DNA from: Candidatus Caccopulliclostridium gallistercoris
GTDB lineage: Bacteria; Bacillota; Clostridia; Christensenellales; UBA1242
Reading direction: 5' to 3'
NCBI GenBank assembly: GCA_018713725.1
Contig: DVOJ01000015.1
Coordinates: 84,390 to 148,389, forward strand
Length of the DNA stretch: 64,000 nt
The notes under the pieces are model-generated. The model saw nothing but the letters and a program-made list of their open reading frames with translations, was not told the origin of the DNA and searched no databases. This document shows, in pieces, positions 44,185 to 51,952 of this stretch. The stretch's first letter is position 1. Every line of letters starts with the position of its first letter. A program made the position numbers and the translations under genes.

Positions 44185-46623
44185 ATGTTTAAAAAGAAAG
44201 AGGCTCAGCCGCTTGTAAGGGTGAATCCAGACCCAGCCATTGGGCTAACTGATAGCGAGCTAGAAGAGAGAAAAAAGAGAAAACTAGAAAACGTAGCTAA
44301 AAACAAGAGTTCTAAGAGCGTGCTTAGAATAATTTTTGACAACGTTTTTACCTTTTTTAATTTAATTTGGATTATCATATTTATAGCACTTGTAAGCGTG
44401 GAAGCATACTCCGACCTTGTGTTCATGCTGGTGGTAGTTTTAAACACGCTTATTGCCATAATTCAAGAGATAAAGGCAAAGTACACCGTGGAAAAGCTCT
44501 CCCTTGTATCTTCGCCAAAACTTGTGGTAATTAGAAATGGTAAACGCGTTTATCTTCACACAAACCACCTTTACCTCGACGACATAATAGAGTTAACCGT
44601 TGGAAATCAAATTCCGGCAGACTGCATAGTTGTATCCGGCACGGCGGAGCTTAACGAAAGCTTACTTACTGGCGAAAGCAACGCCATTAAAAAAGTGGAA
44701 GGCGACACCCTTCTTGCCGGCAGCTTTATATTCTCCGGCACAGTGCTTGCTAGGGTAGACAAACTTATTAAAGATAGCTACATAAACACAATTGCAAGCG
44801 AAGCCAAAAAGTTTAAAAAGCCAAACTCCAATTTGTTTAACGACCTTCAAACTATAATAAAGTACATAGGCATAATAATAATACCAATCGGCGGGCTAAT
44901 GTTCTTAAATAACTACCTTAGCTTTAAAGGCGACCCGAACTGGCTAAAACTTGCAATAACAAAAACGTGCGGCTCTCTTACCGGCATGATACCCGCAGGA
45001 ATGTTCTTGTTAGTAACAATTGCGCTAGCTGTTGGCGTAATAAAACTTGCTAGAAAACACACCCTTGTAAAAGACCTATACAGCATAGAAATGCTAGCCC
45101 GAACAAACATGCTTTGCCTAGATAAAACGGGCACAATAACAGACGGCACAATGAACGTAACGCACTTTGAGAGCTTTAACAAAAGCATAAACTTTGAAAA
45201 GCTTGTTCAAAACATTCTCTCCGCGCAGAAGAGTTCAAACTCCACCTTCAACGCCCTTCTTTCCCGCTTCGGTACGGAAAATTCGATAGAACTTGAAAGC
45301 GTGTTAGAGTTCTCTTCGGAAAGAAAATTTTCCGCCACAAGAATGAGCGGCACCACCTACCTTTTAGGCGCACCGGAATTTAGCTGCAAAAACATTCCGG
45401 AAAACGTAATGCTAGAAATAGAAAAGCACGCAAAGCTTGGCGAAAGAGTGCTTTTGGTAAGTAAAACGCAAGAAAATATAGACGAAGAGCATTTAGAAAA
45501 GTTGCCAAACACAAGCACGCCCGTGGGCATAATTACCCTAGTAGACCATATCCGCGATGACGCCATAGACACAATAAACTGGTTTAAAGCCAACGGCGTT
45601 AAAATTAAGATAATATCCGGCGACAACCCAAGCACAGTTAGCACAATAGCCAGGCGCGTTGGCGTGGAAAACGCGGAAAAATGTATAAGCCTAGAAAATT
45701 TAAGCCCGCAACAAGTGCAAACGATAGCCGACCAATACACCGTTTTTGGCAGAGTGACGCCAGAACAAAAACATATACTTATAAAGCAGCTTAAAACGCT
45801 TGGCTATGTTGTGGCAATGACGGGCGACGGAGTAAACGATACGCTTGCCTTAAAAGAAGCAGATTGTAGCATTGCCATGGCGGACGGAAGCGACGTAGCA
45901 AGAAACCTTTCAAGCTTAGTTCTAATGGACAGTAAATTTTCCAATCTTCCAACCGTAGTAAAGGAAGGCAGGCAAGTAATAAACAACGTGCAAAAATCGT
46001 CAACGCTATTCTTAATGAAGACGCTGTTTACAATAACTCTTTCTTCCATTTTACTGTTTATTGCCCTTGTCACGTTCACGCCTACCGCATATCCATTCAC
46101 GCCAAAGCAGCTGTATTTACTAGAATTCTTTGTAATTGGAATACCTTCCTTCCTGCTAGCGCTGCAACCGAACGACGACCAAATAAAAGGCGACTTCATA
46201 CCCGAAGTGTTAAAGAAGGCAGTGCCAAGCGCGCTCTTAATGCTACTAAATGTATCCGTGATACTCGTTCTTGGCAAATTCTCCGTGATAAACGTAGCCG
46301 AGCAGCAAACGCTATGCGTGCTCACACTTACGATAACAGGCTTCATAAACCTTGTAAAACTCTGTTATCCTTTCAACAAGCTTAGAACGTTCTGCGTTAT
46401 AGCAAACGGCATATTTATAACCGTAGTTACAGCGCTTATTCCGGAATTCTTTGAAATGCAACTCTTTAACGGCACAATATTCCTAATACTTGGCATAATA
46501 GTGCTCTACTCCGTACCGCTTCAATTTGCCTTCCCAATAATTGAGAAGTGGATATCTCCAATGTTCAAGCGTAGAAAGAAAAAGCCCAAAAATAGCAAAA
46601 ACAAAGAAATTGAGTTGAAATAA
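44185..46623 (+). CDS. cation-transporting P-type ATPase
   Basis: Motifs LTGESNAIKK (TGES), CLDKTGTITDG (phosphorylation site) and MTGDGVNDTLALKEADCSIAM, with multiple TM helices. Confidence 0.9.
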   Translation: MFKKKEAQPLVRVNPDPAIGLTDSELEERKKRKLENVAKNKSSKSVLRIIFDNVFTFFNLIWIIIFIALVSVEAYSDLVFMLVVVLNTLIAIIQEIKAKYTVEKLSLVSSPKLVVIRNGKRVYLHTNHLYLDDIIELTVGNQIPADCIVVSGTAELNESLLTGESNAIKKVEGDTLLAGSFIFSGTVLARVDKLIKDSYINTIASEAKKFKKPNSNLFNDLQTIIKYIGIIIIPIGGLMFLNNYLSFKGDPNWLKLAITKTCGSLTGMIPAGMFLLVTIALAVGVIKLARKHTLVKDLYSIEMLARTNMLCLDKTGTITDGTMNVTHFESFNKSINFEKLVQNILSAQKSSNSTFNALLSRFGTENSIELESVLEFSSERKFSATRMSGTTYLLGAPEFSCKNIPENVMLEIEKHAKLGERVLLVSKTQENIDEEHLEKLPNTSTPVGIITLVDHIRDDAIDTINWFKANGVKIKIISGDNPSTVSTIARRVGVENAEKCISLENLSPQQVQTIADQYTVFGRVTPEQKHILIKQLKTLGYVVAMTGDGVNDTLALKEADCSIAMADGSDVARNLSSLVLMDSKFSNLPTVVKEGRQVINNVQKSSTLFLMKTLFTITLSSILLFIALVTFTPTAYPFTPKQLYLLEFFVIGIPSFLLALQPNDDQIKGDFIPEVLKKAVPSALLMLLNVSVILVLGKFSVINVAEQQTLCVLTLTITGFINLVKLCYPFNKLRTFCVIANGIFITVVTALIPEFFEMQLFNGTIFLILGIIVLYSVPLQFAFPIIEKWISPMFKRRKKKPKNSKNKEIELK

Positions 46624-46651
46624 AAGAGCTTTTAGCCTAAAATAAAGTTAA

Positions 46652-46680
46652 CCCCACCAAAGCACTTGGTGGGGTTTTTT
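46652..46680 (+). terminator. intrinsic terminator of the ATPase gene
   Basis: ccccaccaa-agcac-ttggtgggg followed by tttttt. Confidence 0.85.
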
Positions 46681-46888
46681 GAATACTTTTACCGTTTTCG
46701 TCATTTGGAAATTTGTTTAAAAAAGAAGCCGAAATTTCTCTGCTGCATTTTAGTTAAAAATTAAAAGCAAAGTTTTGCTTTTTCTATGGTCGAAATTTCA
46801 CAGCATCGCGCAAAAATGTAGACTTCCACAGTTTACCCGCGAAGCCCCGCCCAGCTTCCGCCATTAAATTCTCCAGCGCGCTCCAAAT

Positions 46889-47116
46889 CGTCATTTCGAC
46901 CGGAAGAAATTATTTGTTTATACTTTTCCTGCACTTAATGCTAGACGCTAAATTTGTTATTAAACTTTTGCCCTTTTGCAGTGGAGAAATCTCGGCTACT
47001 TTTTCTATGGCTGAGATTTCTCCACTTCATATTGGCTTTTGCTATAAACCTTATTTTCCATCTAGCATTAACTTTAAAACTAACCCCCACGCTCTTTCCT
47101 TTCGGTCGAAATGACG
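46889..47116. repeat. 228-bp element bounded by 14-bp terminal inverted repeats (MITE-like)
   Basis: CGTCATTTCGACCG (46889..46902) matches the reverse complement of 47103..47116. An internal 15-bp-stem hairpin gtggagaaatctcgg...ctgagatttctccac lies at 46981..47025. No coding capacity. Confidence 0.6.
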
Positions 47117-47251
47117 AAAGCAGGGCTTCGCATTTTAAAATTCTTTAACGCCATGCTTTTACCCGCGAAATCCCTACCCCGCCGTCATTCTTACAAAAAA
47201 ACCATAAAAAAGCTAGCCTTTTAAGTCCAACCCAGTTTGTTAACAAATTAA

Positions 47252-47379
47252 TCAGGCTGTTCAAAACAAGCGAGACAAGGCTCGACAAATGAGCCCAAGC
47301 AGGCGCGTACATAAACGTACGTAACTGTTTGGGCTCGTTTGGCAGAAACACAGTATCGCGCAGTTTTTGGGCAGCCTGA
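47252..47379 (-). repeat. long-hairpin element family A, copy A2 (2 nt after the stop of 47382..48302)
   Basis: Terminal arms TCAGGCTG/CAGCCTGA, internal stems GAGCCCAA/TTGGGCTC and CGTAC/GTACG, and the same conserved scaffold as A1 and A3. Confidence 0.8.
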
Positions 47380-47381
47380 GA

Positions 47382-48302
47382 TTATATCACATACAATTCA
47401 AATATATTTATTATCATGCCTATAATTGCGCTAAAAACGTAAAGCATGCCAAGTATAAAAAGATTTTCTTTTATATTCTTGTTCTTTGTAAAAAGTATAA
47501 CAAGCCCAAGCCCCGCGCCCGCACATAACCCAGCTACTAAACTTCCAAAACTAAGCACGCCGCTAAAAAATAGCTCGCAAAATAGCACACTCACCGCGCA
47601 GCTTGGCACAAGCCCAATAAGTGCAACAAGAAGGGGTTGGAACATGCTGTTAGCTACAAATATTTTGGAAATATTTTCAATACCAATAAGGTATACGGCA
47701 ATGTTTATAATAACAGACGCAAGTAAAAGATAAAAAGCAATGTCTAGTGTGTGCTCTAACGCGTGCAAAAATATGTTACCCGTAGAATGCTCGTGCCCAG
47801 CGCGTTTGAACTTTATCTCGTCTTTACTATGACTATGCCCAGCGTGGCAACTGCAATGGTCGCCATCTTCTTCAATTCCTGAAAAGTGGCAAGAAGAATT
47901 TAAATTCTCAGCAGGTACAACATTTCGCTTTCTTACTAAAACATAGTCTACAAAATATCCCACCCCCGTGCCTACTACAAACTTTATTGCAAGTAGCACT
48001 ATTATAGTTAAAATACTGTTGGGCTGGGAAAGCATAACTGGAATAGCTTCGTCAGACGTTGCTATAAACACAGCAAGAAGCGTACCCATAGTGATATGTT
48101 TTTTAGAATACAAATCCGCCATAACGCCAGAAAAGCCGCACTGCGGAATCTGCCCAAGTGCGCTAGCAACTAGCGGCCCCGTTTTTTTAGAAGTTTTCAA
48201 AATATTTTTATGTGAAAAGAAAGCCACCAATAGATACACAAGGTACAAAATTGGCAGCGCGCTAAGCGTTTCAAAAAAGGCCTCTTCAATAGCTTCGAAC
48301 AT
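47382..48302 (-). CDS. polytopic membrane protein with a His/Cys-rich loop, putative heavy-metal/Mn transporter (ArsP_2-like)
   Basis: About 10 hydrophobic helices and a central loop CHFSGIEEDGDHCSCHAGHSHSKDEIKFKRAGHEHS. The family name is recalled, not searched. Confidence 0.5.
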   Translation of the reverse strand: MFEAIEEAFFETLSALPILYLVYLLVAFFSHKNILKTSKKTGPLVASALGQIPQCGFSGVMADLYSKKHITMGTLLAVFIATSDEAIPVMLSQPNSILTIIVLLAIKFVVGTGVGYFVDYVLVRKRNVVPAENLNSSCHFSGIEEDGDHCSCHAGHSHSKDEIKFKRAGHEHSTGNIFLHALEHTLDIAFYLLLASVIINIAVYLIGIENISKIFVANSMFQPLLVALIGLVPSCAVSVLFCELFFSGVLSFGSLVAGLCAGAGLGLVILFTKNKNIKENLFILGMLYVFSAIIGMIINIFELYVI

Positions 48303-48505
48303 CTTTTCCCCTTAAAAATAAAATATGCTAGTAAATACTATTACAAATTTCAAAAAAAATCAAGAATAAAAACATTAAAATAACAGAAAAATTTGTATAA
48401 GAATATATTAAATTTAAAAATTTGTTATCTAAAACACAAATCTTATTCCCAAATTTCATTTTTACTTTACTTGCAATATTAATGAATTTGGTGTAAACTA
48501 CTTGT

Positions 48506-50722
48506 ATGTTAATTGAAGGCGCGGTGGAAGAAATAATTTTTAGAAACGATGGCAATGGCTACACCGTGTTTTATTTTGAGCACTCCGATATGCACACCGT
48601 TTGCGTGGGCAAATTTTTGCAAATAAGCGTTGGCGCACACTTAAAACTTGAAGGAAATTTTGTAACCAACGCAAAGTACGGCGAGCAGTTTCAGGTGGAT
48701 AGTTTTGAAACGCTTTACCCCACTTCAAAAGAAGGTATTAGAAAATATTTAGGCAGCGGACTTATTAAAGGCGTTGGCCCGGTTACCGCAAAGGCAATTG
48801 TGGACGTTTTTAAAGAAGACACGTTAAACGTGATAGAATTTGCACCTAAGGAGCTAGCTAACGTTCGCGGCATAAGCGAGCGCAAGGCGGAAATGATTGG
48901 CGAAGCCTTCCGCGAGCTTAAACACCTTCAAAACACCGTGATATTCTTGCAAGGTTACGGGCTAACCGTGAACATGGCTATTAAGATATTTGAAGTTTAC
49001 CAAAACAAAACTGTGGAGATTATAAAGGAAAACCCGTATAAACTTGTGGAAGACGTGGAAGGCATAGGTTTTGCCACCGCAGACAAGATTGCTAGAAGCC
49101 TAGGCATAGACAGGCGCAGCGAGTTTAGAATCCGCGCCGGATTTTTATACTGCCTTACTGACGCTAGCGAGAAAAACGGCCACACATATCTACCAAAAGA
49201 AGACCTTTTTAAAAACGTATCCAAGCTTTTAGAAATTGAAGAAGAAGAAAGCTTTAAAAAGGTGCTTGAAGACTTAATTTTTGATAGAACGGTAACCAAC
49301 ACCTTTATTTTTCCGCACGACGCCGTTATGCTCACAAAATATTTTTACTATGAAAGAAGCATAGCGGATAAACTTGCGCTTCTATGTTGCAGTTTAACAA
49401 GCACAGAGCTAAACGTAGATAATGAAATAAAGCACTTTGAAGAAGTGAACAAAATCACCTTTCACCCAGACCAAAAGAAAGCAATAATAAACGCCGTAAA
49501 CAGCGGCGTGAGCATAATAACGGGCGGCCCGGGCACAGGCAAGACCACAATTGTAAAATGTATAATAGAGCTTTTAGAAGCGCAGCGCAAAAAAATTCTG
49601 CTCACAGCCCCCACAGGCAGAGCAGCGAAAAAACTCTCCGAAGCCACGGAGCGCGACGCACGCACTATACACCGCGCTCTTCAAGTGGATTTTAGAAGCA
49701 AGCGTTTTATCTTCAATGAACAAAATCCGCTTCCCTATAACGTAATTATTGTGGACGAAGTGTCTATGGTAGACGTGCCGCTAATGTGCAATCTTTTAAA
49801 GGCAGTAGCGCGCGACACCAAGCTAATTTTTGTTGGGGATAAGGACCAGCTGCCAAGCGTGGGCGCGGGCAACGTGCTTGAAGATATGCTAACAAGCGGA
49901 GTTATCAGCGTGGCGGAACTAACTCAAATTTATAGGCAGAGCGAAAAGAGCTTAATTATTTCAAACGCGCACAAAATAAACGAAGGCGAAATGCCGGAAA
50001 TAGACAATAAAAGCCAAGACTTTTTCTTTGACAGCAAAGTGGAGCTTGAAGACATTAAAACAACAATTGTGAACATGGTTACTACACGCATACCTAAATT
50101 TAACGGCATAGACAGCATAAAAATTCAAGTGCTTGCCCCGCTTAAAGCCGGCGTGTGCGGAATTGAAAACTTAAACCGCGAGCTTCAAGCAAAACTAAAC
50201 CCGCCAAAGAATTTTAGAAAGGAGCTTACAGTTGGGCAAACAATCTTCCGCGAAGGCGACAAGGTTATGCAAATGTCTAATAACTACGACTTAGAGTGGA
50301 CGCGCCAAGTTGGGCTCTACACGGAAAACGGTGCAGGCGTATTCAACGGAGATATCGGCTACATTCATTCAATAGATGTCCAAACGGGCGAAGTGGAAAT
50401 TTGGTTTGAAGACGGCAGAGAGTGCATATATCCAAGAACGGAACTTAGCCAACTTTCCCTTGCCTACGCCATAACTATCCACAAAAGCCAAGGCAGTGAA
50501 TTTGACGTTGTGATAATTCCAATTATTTCTGGCCCGAGTTTGATACTTAATAGAAATTTAATTTACACAGCGGTAACGCGTGCAAAAAAAATGGTAGTAC
50601 TCGTTGGCGAAAAAAAGAATTTAAAACGAATGATAGGAAATAAATTTATTTTAAAGCGCCATACTGCACTAAAAAAATTATTGATTGACGCCTATAAAAA
50701 GGCAAATATATTATTTAATTAA
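48506..50722 (+). CDS. recD2: SF1B ATP-dependent DNA helicase RecD2
   Basis: Motifs ITGGPGTGKTT (Walker A), IIVDEVSMVD, AITIHKSQGSEF and YTAVTRAKK, plus HhH-like N-terminal repeats. Confidence 0.9.
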   Translation: MLIEGAVEEIIFRNDGNGYTVFYFEHSDMHTVCVGKFLQISVGAHLKLEGNFVTNAKYGEQFQVDSFETLYPTSKEGIRKYLGSGLIKGVGPVTAKAIVDVFKEDTLNVIEFAPKELANVRGISERKAEMIGEAFRELKHLQNTVIFLQGYGLTVNMAIKIFEVYQNKTVEIIKENPYKLVEDVEGIGFATADKIARSLGIDRRSEFRIRAGFLYCLTDASEKNGHTYLPKEDLFKNVSKLLEIEEEESFKKVLEDLIFDRTVTNTFIFPHDAVMLTKYFYYERSIADKLALLCCSLTSTELNVDNEIKHFEEVNKITFHPDQKKAIINAVNSGVSIITGGPGTGKTTIVKCIIELLEAQRKKILLTAPTGRAAKKLSEATERDARTIHRALQVDFRSKRFIFNEQNPLPYNVIIVDEVSMVDVPLMCNLLKAVARDTKLIFVGDKDQLPSVGAGNVLEDMLTSGVISVAELTQIYRQSEKSLIISNAHKINEGEMPEIDNKSQDFFFDSKVELEDIKTTIVNMVTTRIPKFNGIDSIKIQVLAPLKAGVCGIENLNRELQAKLNPPKNFRKELTVGQTIFREGDKVMQMSNNYDLEWTRQVGLYTENGAGVFNGDIGYIHSIDVQTGEVEIWFEDGRECIYPRTELSQLSLAYAITIHKSQGSEFDVVIIPIISGPSLILNRNLIYTAVTRAKKMVVLVGEKKNLKRMIGNKFILKRHTALKKLLIDAYKKANILFN

Positions 50723-50724
50723 AT

Positions 50725-51081
50725 ATGAAAATTCTTGAATTAATTTTTCCAAATAATATTAAATGCATAAATTGCGGTAAAGAAATAGAGAGCGAAAAAG
50801 TATTTTGCAAAAACTGTGAAAATAAAATAAAAATAATAAATTCTCGCGAAAAAATAAATAATTTAAATATTTATTCTCCTTTTAAATACTGCGATATAAT
50901 TAAAAATTTAATATTGAATTTTAAATATAATAATAAAAAATGTCTTGCTTATCCGCTAGCAAAATTATTAGTAAAAAACTATAATTTTAAAAATATAGAT
51001 TTTATTACCTTTATACCGCTAAATAAAAATAAATTAAAAATTCGTGGATTTAACCAAGCTAAGCTTCTTGCAAAGGAATGA
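50725..51081 (+). pseudogene. ComF-family (ComFC) N-terminal fragment lacking the phosphoribosyltransferase domain
   Basis: Zinc-ribbon CINCGKEI...FCKNCENK and ...IPLNKNKLKIRGFNQAKLLAKE, then a stop. There is no downstream PRTase motif in any frame and a terminator follows. The gene is extremely A+T-rich. Confidence 0.5.
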
Positions 51082-51096
51082 TTAGCCCACAAAAAA

Positions 51097-51127
51097 ACTT
51101 CCCACATAAAAGTAGGAAGTTTTATTA
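51097..51127 (+). terminator. intrinsic terminator
   Basis: acttcccac-ataaaa-gtaggaagt followed by tttattatttt. Confidence 0.6.
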
Positions 51128-51248
51128 TTTTAAGATTTTTTCCAGTAGTAATTACGATAAGTAGTTTTTAAGCAAGTAGCAGCAACCGCCGGGTCTGAAA
51201 GGTCTTCTGTAATACTTGTCCCACTTGTAGCAGTAGAACTAGAACCTT

Positions 51249-51881
51249 CTATTCCTTATCATACTCCCTTGGCTTTTTTAAGAGCTTTATCTCTTCTAGG
51301 TGCGTTTCAAAAAAATATTTATCGAAATCTCTTGGCAAGTTGTACTTCTTAACTATCTCCGCATTTGGATGCGCTTTAGCGTAGTTTATAAACTGCCTTG
51401 ATATTGTTTCAAAAAATTTATCTGCCCACCTTAAATTTTGTATATGTTTTTTAAATTCTTCATTTTCCGCCACGCTATCTATGGCTTCAATTTCGCCCTT
51501 GGCTGCCTTATATTCTTTTTCTAACCTAAACATAGTTATTTTTCTTGTACTAGGCCTTGAATTCTGACACAAAAAGTTATATATTTCTAAATTTCTTTCC
51601 CTTTCTTCAAGCGTTTGGTATCCCCAGTTAACTTCACGAACTTTAAGTTCATAATCTGAAATGTTAAACTGAAAATCTTTTAATAGAGAGTATTTTAATT
51701 TACATGAACGAATGCTTTTAACAAGCTCCGCCCTTCTTTGAGCAAGATTTTTTCTATAAAAATTTTTTACGTATCTATCAAAATTTTCATCTCCCGTAGG
51801 GCGAGTAAGTTCTAAAAACCTTTCCACATTATTAAAAAATATGCTATCTAATTCTGTTGGCTTTTCGTACCACATATGCAC
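51249..51881 (-). CDS. hypothetical protein (210 aa)
   Basis: Long ORF with no signal peptide and a helical, charged composition. No motif recognised. Confidence 0.65.
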   Translation of the reverse strand: MHMWYEKPTELDSIFFNNVERFLELTRPTGDENFDRYVKNFYRKNLAQRRAELVKSIRSCKLKYSLLKDFQFNISDYELKVREVNWGYQTLEERERNLEIYNFLCQNSRPSTRKITMFRLEKEYKAAKGEIEAIDSVAENEEFKKHIQNLRWADKFFETISRQFINYAKAHPNAEIVKKYNLPRDFDKYFFETHLEEIKLLKKPREYDKE

Positions 51882-51952
51882 CCCCGTTTTTATTAGTATA
51901 GCATAACGTGAAATTTTGTCAAGGTTTAAAGTTTTTAAATTTTACGATAAAC

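Noticed and set aside
46914-47351. ORFs 46914..47114, 46954..47148 and 47145..47351 as genes
   Set aside because: They overlap each other and the MITE-like and hairpin repeats, with no start context.
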